This document shows, one piece after another, positions 19,142 to 28,495 of a DNA stretch of 64,000 nt. This DNA comes from Capsulimonadaceae bacterium (GTDB lineage: Bacteria > Armatimonadota > Armatimonadia > Armatimonadales > Capsulimonadaceae): NCBI GenBank assembly GCA_965215505.1, contig OZ244065.1, positions 4,992,001-5,056,000 of the forward strand, written 5' to 3'. The stretch's first letter is position 1; every line of letters begins with the position of its first letter. The position numbers were made by a program, and so were the translations under genes. The notes under the pieces are model-generated. The model was not told the origin of the DNA. It saw only the letters and a program-made list of their open reading frames with translations, and did not search any database.

Positions 19142-20206
19142 GGTTCCCTTGCAAGAAGACAAAGAACAACGGAATGCTCATTTGAGATGGCTTGTCGAGT
19201 TGGTGATGAATTAAAGGCTTCCCGGCCGAAGGGAACGACAGGTACGCTAGGTTTTGTAGGACGGCGTGACGGTGGCGCTTATGGCGGTTTGGCATTAGAC
19301 AGGCAGAGTTTGATCTGCTACGGCTACGGCGCGAGCCGCCGCATGGGCAAAGCGTCACTCTCGGAACAGCGCACCGATGACACGACTGCCAGCCTCTTTT
19401 CGGATGACGTTGACCTAATCAACGCCGAAGAATGGTTACTGCAAGCCGACTACGCCGCCAGCAGAGCGCCCAAAGATAGCACACGCGCCCAGGAGCGCCG
19501 GGACCAAGTTGTCGGCATCCTGAAAGAACTTCTGCCGGATGTCTTAGAGGTGCGGTTTAGCGCCTCTGAGGAGGAAATCGGCCCACCCATCGTCGAGTTC
19601 CACACCCCCTATGGCTGGGTACGCCTGAAAGACCTGAGCCTCGGCTACCGGACGCTCCTCACCTGGATGGTGGACCTCGCTAGCCGCCTCTTTGACCGCT
19701 ACCCCAAGAGCAAGAACCCGCTGGCGGAACCTGCCGTCGTGCTGGTGGACGAGATTGATCTGCACCTGCACCCGCGCTGGCAGCGGACACTGATGAGTTT
19801 CCTCAGCGAGCGATTCCCCAACACGCAGTTCATCGCCACCGCCCACAGCCCCCTCGTCGTCCAGGCCGCTGCGGACGCCAACATCGTCCTGCTGCGCCGC
19901 GAGGGCGACCATGTGGTGATTGACAACGACGTGGAGCGCATCCAGAACTGGCGCGTGGATCAGATACTCACCTCCGAGCTGTTCGGCCTGGAAAGCGCCC
20001 GCCCGCCGCAGGTCAGCCCCGCGCTGGAAGAGCGCAAAAAGATACTCGCCAAGCCGCGTCTGACCAAGGTGGACGAGAAGCGGCTGGCGGAGCTAGAGGC
20101 GCAGATCGGGGACCTGCCGACCGGCGAGACGCCGGAAGACTTGCAGGCGATGGACATCATCCGGCGCGCGGCGGCCTTGCTGGAAGCGCAGTAGGGGCGA
20201 CCGGCG

Positions 20207-20965
20207 TTGATTAAGATCACCAAACCGGCGGCCCCCGATCTGCTGCGAGGGCGCGGGCAGACAAAGCGAGCGAAACACTGCGCCGACTATGACCGCGTCC
20301 CTGCCGACCATGACGCAGGGGTGAAGACATTCAACTTCGACGCCGCACTCTACGGCGACCCAACGGTCAAGCAGGCGCTTGTCGCCGCCCAGCACGGCAA
20401 GTGCTGTTTCTGCGAGCGCGAGATCGGCGGGGAAGGGGACGTGGAACACTTCCGCCCCAAAGCGAGTTTCTGCCAGGGAGAGGGCCAGCCACTTGAGCGG
20501 CCCGGCTACTACTGGCTCGCCTACGAGTGGGATAACCTGCTGCTGGCCTGCCCCATCTGCAACCAGCGGTTCAAGCGGAGCCTGTTCCCACTCTTCGACC
20601 CGGCCAGGCGCGCGAGAAACCATCACGGTGACGTAACTCAGGAGAAGCCGGTGTTCATTCACCCCGCCGAAGAGGACCCCGTCTGCTTCATCGGCTTCCG
20701 TCAGGAGGTTGCCTACGCAAAGCGTGGCAGCAGGCGTGCGAAGGAGACGATCAAAGCCTTTGGGCTGAACCGGGAGAACCTGACCGAAGAGCGGCGCGAC
20801 CATCTCAGCCGCCTGGTTTATCTGCGGAAGGTTCTGGACCAGGAGGCGAAGTTGGCCGGAACTGCGGAAGGGCGGCGGCTCTTGAAAGAGGCCGATGCCT
20901 ACCTTCGAGAAGCCACCCAAGCCTCTGCCAAGTTCGCCGGTATGGCAAGAGCGGTGGCAGCCTGA
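20207..20965 (+). CDS. HNH endonuclease (PtuB-like partner of the ATPase)
   Basis: QHGKCCFCE, DVEHFRPK, YYWLAYEWDNLLLACPICNQRFK. Confidence 0.85.
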   Translation: MIKITKPAAPDLLRGRGQTKRAKHCADYDRVPADHDAGVKTFNFDAALYGDPTVKQALVAAQHGKCCFCEREIGGEGDVEHFRPKASFCQGEGQPLERPGYYWLAYEWDNLLLACPICNQRFKRSLFPLFDPARRARNHHGDVTQEKPVFIHPAEEDPVCFIGFRQEVAYAKRGSRRAKETIKAFGLNRENLTEERRDHLSRLVYLRKVLDQEAKLAGTAEGRRLLKEADAYLREATQASAKFAGMARAVAA

Positions 20966-21297
20966 ATCCATGAGTGGAGCGGGTATAATAGTAGACAGAA
21001 TGACTGTACGAGGGAGAGGCGAAAAGGCGGCAAAACAGCAGCAACGAAATTTGCAAAAACGAACTGCCTGCCGCGTAAGGTCCATGCCATGAATAGCACG
21101 GTCGCCTGAACGATTGGGGCACCTGTTCGGGAAGGGCAGCAAGGCAGCGAGAAATGCAGCAGCAAATTTGTCAAAACGAACTAGTCACCGCCTTCCTCGG
21201 CCTGCGCCCATGAAACTTCCCGCGCACGGCAGCGTATCTCTCTGAGACGCTGATGCCCTTTGGGGGGCATGATCTCGCAACCGAGGAGGAACCTCTG

Positions 21298-22254
21298 ATG
21301 ACCCTGCGCCCGCCCTGTCGCTCCGCCTGCGTTCCCGTACTGACCATGCTGCTGTCTTGCGCCGTCGCCGGCCTGCCCGCTGTCGCCGCCCCCGCCAGGA
21401 AGGCGAAAGCCACCGTCAAGACCAAAGCCGCCGCCCCGCCTCCCTCCGCGCATCCGGCCCCGCCTTCGGACAAGAAAGGGGCGACGCCACTGATGCTGGC
21501 CGCCGCCGGTGGCAAGACCGAGATCGTCTCGAAGCTGCTCGCCGGGGGCGCAGACGTCAACGGCCCGTCCAAGACCGGCAACACGCCCCTCACTTACGCC
21601 GTCTTCGCCGGACAGGAGGCCGTCTGCAAGCAGCTCCTCGCCCACGGGGCCGACCCGAACCGGGTGAACGCTGACGGCTACGGACCCCTGGCCGTGGCCG
21701 TATTCAAGGACCGTCCCATACTCGCCGCCCTCCTCCTGGACCACGGCGCGGCCGTGGACCTCGCCGGCAAGAAGGGCGGGACGCCGCTGGTCATGGCCGC
21801 CATGCTGGGCCACGCCCCCATGGTAAGTCTGCTGCTGGCGCGCGGCGCGAAGCCCGAGGCCGTCACCCCCGGCGGCTATACGCCGCTGATGGTGGCTGCC
21901 CTCAGCGGCAGCGTCCCCGTCGCCCAGGCCCTCCTGGACGGGGGCGCAGACCTGGACGCCGAGAGCGACCAGGGCCAGACCGCCCTGCTGCTGGCCGCCG
22001 CGAAGGGCCGGACCGAGGCCGTCAAGTTCCTGCTGGAGCGCGGCGCGGACCTGGGCGGCTCGGACATCAACGGCACCACCCCCCTCATGGCCGCCGCCGT
22101 CAGCGGCAGCCTCCCCACCGTCCAGCTCCTTCTCGACCACGACGCCGACCCCAATGCCCGCAACAACGACGACTTGACGGCGGCGGCCATCGCCACCTAC
22201 CTCAAAAAGCCAGCCGTCGCCGACCTGCTGCGGAAGGCGGGTGGGGGAGAATAG
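21298..22254 (+). CDS. Secreted ankyrin-repeat protein
   Basis: GAGGAG RBS; signal peptide; about 8 ankyrin repeats. Confidence 0.9.
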   Translation: MTLRPPCRSACVPVLTMLLSCAVAGLPAVAAPARKAKATVKTKAAAPPPSAHPAPPSDKKGATPLMLAAAGGKTEIVSKLLAGGADVNGPSKTGNTPLTYAVFAGQEAVCKQLLAHGADPNRVNADGYGPLAVAVFKDRPILAALLLDHGAAVDLAGKKGGTPLVMAAMLGHAPMVSLLLARGAKPEAVTPGGYTPLMVAALSGSVPVAQALLDGGADLDAESDQGQTALLLAAAKGRTEAVKFLLERGADLGGSDINGTTPLMAAAVSGSLPTVQLLLDHDADPNARNNDDLTAAAIATYLKKPAVADLLRKAGGGE

Positions 22255-22274
22255 GCGCAGGGGTAGAGTGAAGC

Positions 22275-23006
22275 ATGGACAGAAAGCTTTGGATCGGCAC
22301 ATCGGGTTGGAGCTATGACCACTGGCACGGCGTCCTGTACCCCCACGGCCTGCCGGCTGGGGACCGTTTGGGTTACTACTTGCAGCGGTATCCGACTGTG
22401 GAGGTCAACAGCACTTTCTACCGCTGGCCGCCGGATGCCAGTTTCGAGCGCTGGCGGCAGCGTCTCCCTGAAGGCTTTCAGATGACCGTCAAGGCCCCGC
22501 GCGGCTTGACCCACGGCAAGCGCCTGTATCAGCCGGAAGCCTGGCTGGCACGGGTCGAGTCTGGCCTGCGCGCCCTCGGCGACAAGCGCGGTGTCCTGCT
22601 CGTGCAGCTCCCGCCCGACTTCGAGTGCGACCATGCCCGCCTGGAGTATTTCCTGCGTCACCTGCCGCCGGGGCGGAAAACGGCCCTGGAGCTGCGCCAC
22701 CCCTCCTGGAACCGCGAGGACGTCTTCGCCCTGTTGGAAGAGACGGGCACCGCCTACTGCGTCATGAGCGGCGCGCACCTGCCCTGCATCCTCCGCGTGA
22801 CCGCCCCGTTCGTCTATGTCCGCCTGCACGGTCCGGACACCGGTCACCTGTACGCTGGCTCCTACTCTGACGATGACCTGCGCTGGTGGGCGGACCGCAT
22901 CCGGGAATGGCTGGGCATGGGGAAAAAAGTCTTCGCCTACTTCAACAACGACGGCGAAGGCAATGCCGTCCGCAACGCCGACACCCTGACCGCGCTCCTG
23001 CGCTGA
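22275..23006 (+). CDS. DUF72 (YecE) family protein
   Basis: IGTSGWSYDHW, VEVNSTFY, VKAPRGLTH, ELRHPSW, YVRLHG, YFNND. Confidence 0.92.
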   Translation: MDRKLWIGTSGWSYDHWHGVLYPHGLPAGDRLGYYLQRYPTVEVNSTFYRWPPDASFERWRQRLPEGFQMTVKAPRGLTHGKRLYQPEAWLARVESGLRALGDKRGVLLVQLPPDFECDHARLEYFLRHLPPGRKTALELRHPSWNREDVFALLEETGTAYCVMSGAHLPCILRVTAPFVYVRLHGPDTGHLYAGSYSDDDLRWWADRIREWLGMGKKVFAYFNNDGEGNAVRNADTLTALLR

Positions 23007-23018
23007 GAGCCGCGCCCG

Positions 23019-23558
23019 ATGTCCTACATCCTGAATGCACCCATCGTGATCGCGCCCTACGACCCGGCGTGGCCGGCCTGGTACGAGGCCGAGCGTCGGC
23101 GATTGGATGGTGTGCTGGCCTCCGCCGTCCGGGTGGAACACATCGGCAGCACGTCCGTTCCCGGCCTCGCCGCCAAAGCCATCCTGGACATCTCCGCCTC
23201 CGCCGCCGCCCTGGAAGACACGGACGCCCTCATAGGTCCCCTGCGCGATCTGGGGTATGAGGACGCGAAGATCGATCCGGTCTTCCAGCGCCGGATGTTC
23301 TCCTGCGGCCCGTGGCAGGAGGCCGGCTCCGTCCACCTGCACTTCACCATCCACGGCTCCGACACCTGGGCCGAGCCGATCCTGATGCGCGACTACCTCC
23401 GCGCCCACCCCGAAGCCGCCGCATGGTACGCCGCAGTAAAACAGGCCAGCGCCGCCGCCCACGGCAGCGACCTGAACGGCTATCACGAGGGCAAAAGCGA
23501 GTGCGTCTTGACACTGATAGGGCGGGCGCGGGTCTGGCAGGGCAGCGTCTCCGGTTGA
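23019..23558 (+). CDS. GrpB family (nucleotidyltransferase-fold) protein
   Basis: PYDPAWP, VEHIGSTSVPGLAAKAILDI, RDYLRAHP. Confidence 0.88.
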   Translation: MSYILNAPIVIAPYDPAWPAWYEAERRRLDGVLASAVRVEHIGSTSVPGLAAKAILDISASAAALEDTDALIGPLRDLGYEDAKIDPVFQRRMFSCGPWQEAGSVHLHFTIHGSDTWAEPILMRDYLRAHPEAAAWYAAVKQASAAAHGSDLNGYHEGKSECVLTLIGRARVWQGSVSG

Positions 23559-23665
23559 CTTTGGGCCGCCCGGCGTGTCATACTAAGGGCGACTTTCCAG
23601 GAGAACCAGACATTGCGGTCGGCCTCCGGGCTGGCTGAGGATTGAAACAAGGAGACCTACCCATC

Positions 23666-24685
23666 ATGGCAGTGCGAGTTGGCATCAACGGCTTCGGCCG
23701 CATCGGGCGCATCACCTACCGCGCCATCCAAGAGCGCTTTCCCAACGGCGAGATCGAGGTCGTCGCGCTCAACGACCTGACGGACGCCAAGACCAACGCC
23801 CACCTGCTCAAGTACGACAGCAACTACGGCCCCTACAAGGGCGGCGACGTCCAGGCCGAAGGCGACAACATCGTCGTGGACGGCAAGAAGCTCACTGTCT
23901 TTGCTGAGAAGAACCCCGCCGACATCCGCTGGGACGCCGAGGGCGTGGACGTGGTCATCGAAAGCACCGGCTTCTTCACCGACGCCACCAAGGCCGTCGC
24001 CCACCGCGAACACGGCGTCAAGAAGGTCGTCATCTCCGCCCCCGCCAAGAACGAGGACCTGACCATCGTCCTGGGCGTCAACCAGGACGTCTACGACCCG
24101 GCCAAGCACAACGTCATCTCCAACGCCTCCTGCACGACCAATGGCCTGGCCCCCGTCGCCAAGGTCCTCAACGACACCTTCGGCGTCGAGAAGGGCCTGC
24201 TGACGACCATCCACGCCTACACCAACTCCCAGCGCACCGTGGACACCGCCGCCAAGGATCTGCGCGACGCACGCGCCGCCGCCCAGAACATCGTCCCCAG
24301 CAGTACCGGCGCGGCCAAGGCCGTCGGCCTGGTCATCCCCGAGCTTGCCGGTAAGTTCACCGGCATGGCCTTCCGCGTCCCGACCCCCACCGTCTCGGTC
24401 GTGGACTTCACCGCCCTCCTGGGCCGCGACGCCTCCATCGCGGAGATCAACGCCGCCATGCTGGCCGCCGCCTCCGACGGCCCCATGAGGGGCATCCTCC
24501 AGTACTCCGACGAGCCTCTGGTCTCCACCGACCTGAAGGGCAACCCGCACTCGTCCATCTTCAGCGCCCTGGACACCATCGGCATCGGGTCCTTCGTCAA
24601 GGTCGTCGCCTGGTACGACAACGAGTGGGGCTACTCCTGCCGCGTCGCCGACCTGATCAAGTTCCTCGGCGACAAGGGACTCTAG
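23666..24685 (+). CDS. gap: Glyceraldehyde-3-phosphate dehydrogenase, type I
   Basis: GINGFGRIGR, SNASCTTN, GMAFRVPT, WYDNEWGYS. Confidence 0.97.
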   Translation: MAVRVGINGFGRIGRITYRAIQERFPNGEIEVVALNDLTDAKTNAHLLKYDSNYGPYKGGDVQAEGDNIVVDGKKLTVFAEKNPADIRWDAEGVDVVIESTGFFTDATKAVAHREHGVKKVVISAPAKNEDLTIVLGVNQDVYDPAKHNVISNASCTTNGLAPVAKVLNDTFGVEKGLLTTIHAYTNSQRTVDTAAKDLRDARAAAQNIVPSSTGAAKAVGLVIPELAGKFTGMAFRVPTPTVSVVDFTALLGRDASIAEINAAMLAAASDGPMRGILQYSDEPLVSTDLKGNPHSSIFSALDTIGIGSFVKVVAWYDNEWGYSCRVADLIKFLGDKGL

Positions 24686-24703
24686 GCCGCCCGATAGAAC
24701 GAA

Positions 24704-24734
24704 AGAGGGGGCGCGGCGTCTGCCGCGCCCCTTT
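24704..24734 (+). terminator. Terminator-like hairpin after gap
   Basis: ggggcgcggc-gtct-gccgcgcccc followed by ttt. Confidence 0.65.
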
Positions 24735-24820
24735 AGGTTTCTGACTTTGCGGGTATAACCGTAGGGTGGCAGGCAGGCGGGCGCGAACGGCCCAAATCGC
24801 TGCCATGAGGGACCAACGTC

Positions 24821-26896
24821 ATGCGCCTCTTCGGTCAGTCCAGCGGCAACCCCTACATGTCCTCCGACCGGGGGCTTGCCAACCCGCGCTTGGACCTCCT
24901 TGCGGGTGTGCGGTATCAGATCATCCCCAGCGCGCGCGGCCTGCCGATGGCGCAGCTCGACCTGCGTTTCCGGCGCGAGCTGCCAACCGTCGCCAACCCG
25001 GACATGACGCTGGCCGTGCTGCTGGACCGCAGCGGCTCCATGCGGGACGCATTCCGGGAGGGCCACGTCCTCAACGTCGCCGCCGCCATCCTCGGCCACG
25101 TCACCCAGGCGGGGGTCGGGTACGACCTAGCCTTTTACGATGACCGCGTCTCCTACGCCGGCCACATCGGGAGCCTTCCCGCCCTCCGCACGGCGATCAC
25201 GCAGAACGGCCCGCGCGGCGGCACCTATGTTACGGATGCCCTGCGTGGGGCGACCCAAAAGTACCGCACCCGGAGCGGGCTGTACGTCATCGTCATCACC
25301 GACGGCGAGTTCACCGACAAGGTCGAGGTGCGGCGGCTCGTACTCCAAGAGCTGCTGCCGCAGGTCACGCCGGAAAACCCTTATGCCTTCCGCCTCCACT
25401 TCGTCGGCGCGGGTGAGGGCGTGGACCACGCCTTTCTGCGACAGATCGAGGCGGACGCCGCCGGACAGGGCATCCCCCTGGTCACGCAGCACCATCACGC
25501 CCACCTCAGCCACAGCCACGCCAGCATCCTGGATGAATTGGACCGCGCCTTTCTGGGCGTGGGGACCGGGGCGACCTTCGGCACACCGGAGCTGCTGGAC
25601 GGCCCGGCCCAGACGTCGCCGCCGGACCCTCTCATCCTGCACACCGCCGATCCCACGACGCGCCGGGCCTGGGACGGCGCGGTCGGGGCACCCGGCTTCC
25701 TGCCGCGCCGCGTCCTGCTCGGCTGTGAGTACGCCCCGCTCCACCCCGAGAGCCTGCCGGTCGCCCTCAAGTTTCAGGGCGCGGGTGGCATCTCCCAATG
25801 GCTCGATTTTTCCGTCCCGCTGCCACGCCAGGAGTCGGCCCCTCCCACACTCGGCCCGTCACGCAAGCCCGGCTTTCACCTCCCCTGGGGGAACCGTTCG
25901 CCCGAGGAAGAAGCCGCGCGGGTCGAGGCGGACCGGCAGCGGGCCGCGCTGGCGCAGCAGGTCCTCGAAACCCATCAGGCGGAGGTGCAGAGGCAGGGGC
26001 GCGACCTGCAACTGCTGGGCCAGGGCGGCATCCCGACCCAAGCCACCGAGCGGCTGAAGGAGATCGGTAGCGGGGGCGCTGAGGGCATCCTGTTCACCAG
26101 CGACCTCTCCCCGGACGAGGCCGCATTGCTGCGCCGCGAAGGATGCCGGCCGCGCGGGCTGGTGACGGGCAGCGCCATGTACCACGTCGGCCAGGCCTAT
26201 GCGTCGTCGCAAGGCGACTGCGAGGTGGAGGTTCTGTCCAGGGCCTATGACGCGGCGACCGGCCTTGCCGTCTCGCGGATGGCGCAGGAGGCGCGGCTGA
26301 TCGGCGCGCACGGCGTCGTCGGCGTCCGCCTGTCCGTGGTGCGGCACGAATGGGCGGACAAGACGGTCGAGGTCCAGGTGATCGGGACGGCCGTTCAAGG
26401 GCCGGGGGCCGCGCCCGCCGACCCCTGGATGAGCGACCTGTCGGGGCAGGAGTGGTGGGCCTTGCACCGGGCCGGCTATGAACCCGCCGCCCTGGTGTGG
26501 GGGCACTGCACCTGGTTCATCCTCACGACCCAGCAGGACGAATGGATCGAGGGGTCGTTTTCTAACCAGGAGTTGACGCACTGGAGTGCCGCCCTGGGCC
26601 GGGCGCGGACAATCGCGATGGGCCACCTGACCGCCGAGGCCCGGAAGCGGCGCGCGACCGGCATCACCGGCGTCCGGATCGCGCGCCGCATGGATGAGGT
26701 CCGCCTGTCCGGGCCGGGCGAGGACCCGGCCTACGAGCGGGAGCATCACAACCTGGTCATCAGCATCATCGGGACGGCCATCCGCCTGCGGCCCGATGCG
26801 CCGCCCGGCGTGACGCCGACCGTGCAGATCCTGTCGCTGCGCGACGGCAAGATCACCGCCGTCGGCCTGGGCGCGACCGATGTGAAGATCGAGTAA
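24821..26896 (+). CDS. vWA domain fused to two YbjQ-like (heavy-metal-binding) domains
   Basis: MIDAS LLDRSGSM...GGT...VITDGE; C-terminal FTSDLS...GAHGVVGVRL...IGTAV unit present twice. Confidence 0.8.
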   Translation: MRLFGQSSGNPYMSSDRGLANPRLDLLAGVRYQIIPSARGLPMAQLDLRFRRELPTVANPDMTLAVLLDRSGSMRDAFREGHVLNVAAAILGHVTQAGVGYDLAFYDDRVSYAGHIGSLPALRTAITQNGPRGGTYVTDALRGATQKYRTRSGLYVIVITDGEFTDKVEVRRLVLQELLPQVTPENPYAFRLHFVGAGEGVDHAFLRQIEADAAGQGIPLVTQHHHAHLSHSHASILDELDRAFLGVGTGATFGTPELLDGPAQTSPPDPLILHTADPTTRRAWDGAVGAPGFLPRRVLLGCEYAPLHPESLPVALKFQGAGGISQWLDFSVPLPRQESAPPTLGPSRKPGFHLPWGNRSPEEEAARVEADRQRAALAQQVLETHQAEVQRQGRDLQLLGQGGIPTQATERLKEIGSGGAEGILFTSDLSPDEAALLRREGCRPRGLVTGSAMYHVGQAYASSQGDCEVEVLSRAYDAATGLAVSRMAQEARLIGAHGVVGVRLSVVRHEWADKTVEVQVIGTAVQGPGAAPADPWMSDLSGQEWWALHRAGYEPAALVWGHCTWFILTTQQDEWIEGSFSNQELTHWSAALGRARTIAMGHLTAEARKRRATGITGVRIARRMDEVRLSGPGEDPAYEREHHNLVISIIGTAIRLRPDAPPGVTPTVQILSLRDGKITAVGLGATDVKIE

Positions 26897-26918
26897 GCCG
26901 ACGAAAACCGAGGAACCC

Positions 26919-27749
26919 ATGGATCAAACAACAAACGACCCGCCCATCGCCACCCTGCCGCAGCACGCGACGGAGCGGCTGGCCGAGATGCGCGGGCGCG
27001 GCGAGCAGAACCGCCTGTTCACGAGCGACCTGTCCACGAGCGAGCTTCTCCTGGTCAAAGAAGCCGGTTTTGATCCGGTCGGCCTGGTCGTCGGCAGCTC
27101 GATCTACCACGTCGGCTACCAGCAGTCCGCCTGGTCGCAGAACCAGGAGATGACCGTCTTGACCCAGGCGATGTACCACGCGCGCGAGCTGGCGATGGAC
27201 CGCATGGAGGAAGAGGCCCATCAGCTCGGCGCGGACGGCATCGTCGGCGTCCGCCTGGAGGTCAACCACAAGGAGTGGGGCAGCCACATCGCCGAGTTCG
27301 TCGCCATCGGCACGGCCATCGTCCACCGCAACGACCCGCACCGCTACAAGAACAAGCACGGCCGCCCGTTCACCTCGGACCTGTCCGGCCAGGACTTCTA
27401 CATCCTCCTTCGCTCAGGCTACCGGCCCCTGGGCATGGTCATGGGCAACTGCGTGTACCACATCGCCTCCCAGTCGTTCGGCAACTTCATGCGGACGTTC
27501 AGCCAGAACACCGAGCTGACCCAGTACACCCAGGCCCTCTATGACAGCCGCGAGCTGGCGATGGAGCGGATGCAGAAGGAGGCCGAGGACCTGGGGGCTA
27601 AGGGCGTCGTCGGCGCGAACATCCACGAGCGGACACACGCCTGGGGTGCCCACGTCATCGAGTTCTTCGCCATCGGCACCGCCGTCGAGGAGATCAGCGC
27701 CGACCATGTGATCGAGCCGCCCCTCGTCGTGCTGCCGCTGAATAGCTAG
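26919..27749 (+). CDS. Tandem YbjQ-like (UPF0145) domain protein
   Basis: Two FTSDLS...ARELAM.RM..EA..LGA.G.VG...EF.AIGTA units. Confidence 0.85.
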   Translation: MDQTTNDPPIATLPQHATERLAEMRGRGEQNRLFTSDLSTSELLLVKEAGFDPVGLVVGSSIYHVGYQQSAWSQNQEMTVLTQAMYHARELAMDRMEEEAHQLGADGIVGVRLEVNHKEWGSHIAEFVAIGTAIVHRNDPHRYKNKHGRPFTSDLSGQDFYILLRSGYRPLGMVMGNCVYHIASQSFGNFMRTFSQNTELTQYTQALYDSRELAMERMQKEAEDLGAKGVVGANIHERTHAWGAHVIEFFAIGTAVEEISADHVIEPPLVVLPLNS

Positions 27750-27765
27750 AACACCAACGGGGCAG

Positions 27766-27801
27766 AAGGGGGCGCGGCAGATGCCGCGCCCTTTTTGTTT
27801 T
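27766..27801 (+). terminator. Intrinsic terminator
   Basis: gggcgcggca-ga-tgccgcgccc followed by tttttgtttt. Confidence 0.75.
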
Positions 27802-27874
27802 CGGCTCCGCCGATAGATTTGAGCCGCGCACGCGAACTAATCCCTGTACAGACGGAGGAGAAAGGACGGGCACC

Positions 27875-28495
27875 ATGACCCAGGGAGGACAAGCCTTGAT
27901 GAACTGGCTGGCGCTCAGGCGGACGGACGGGGCGCGCACCGGAGGCGAGGCTGACAGAGGGGAGCAGGAACACGCCCGGACGGCAGGTGCCCTGCACCAG
28001 CGGTATCTGGCCGACGTATTTTCCTATGTCGCCCGCCGCGTCCCCGACCGGCAGGAGGCTGAAGACGTGACGGCGGAGGTCTTCGCGGCGGCCTTCGTCG
28101 CCCTGCCGCGCCGGAACGGACTGAACGGCCCGTACCCCTGGCTGCTCGGCATCGCCCGCTGCAAGATCGCCAACTCGCTCCGTCGCCGTAGTCGCCGCGA
28201 GGGCCGGACATCGGCGCTGACCGAGGAGACGCCCGCTGCATCCTCCGACCAGCCCGAAGCCACTCTCGCGCGGCAGGAGCGGGCATTGCTGATCCGTGAG
28301 ATGCTGGCCGTCCTCCCCGAAGACCAGCGCGAGGCTTTGCTGCTGCATTATGTGGAGGACTTGCCGCAGGCCCATGTCGCCGCCGTCCTGGGCCGCTCCC
28401 CCGCCGCCGTCAACAGCCTCTTGCAGCGGGCGCGGGCCGCCGTCTACCGGCAGGGACACGACTATTTCTTGGGCGAAAGCGGGGCGGACAAATGA
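27875..28495 (+). CDS. ECF sigma factor
   Basis: AEDVTAEVFAAAF, WLLGIAR, LPEDQREALLLHYVEDL...VAAVLGRSPAAVNSLLQRAR. Confidence 0.9.
   Translation: MTQGGQALMNWLALRRTDGARTGGEADRGEQEHARTAGALHQRYLADVFSYVARRVPDRQEAEDVTAEVFAAAFVALPRRNGLNGPYPWLLGIARCKIANSLRRRSRREGRTSALTEETPAASSDQPEATLARQERALLIREMLAVLPEDQREALLLHYVEDLPQAHVAAVLGRSPAAVNSLLQRARAAVYRQGHDYFLGESGADK

Larger units (their letters stand above)
17519..20194 (+). pseudogene. ABC/AAA_21-type ATPase (PtuA-like) interrupted by IS256
   Basis: Walker A GENGVGKT in the 5' part; LSLGY signature, VLVDEIDLHLHPRWQ and FIATAHSP in the 3' part; frame restored when the IS and one TSD are removed (GASGSL|ARRQ). Confidence 0.88.

Noticed and set aside
17519-20965. 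ATPase-HNH pair as the effector of the window's retron
   Set aside because: It lies more than 30 kb away, and the RT is Mx162-like with its own coupled partner genes
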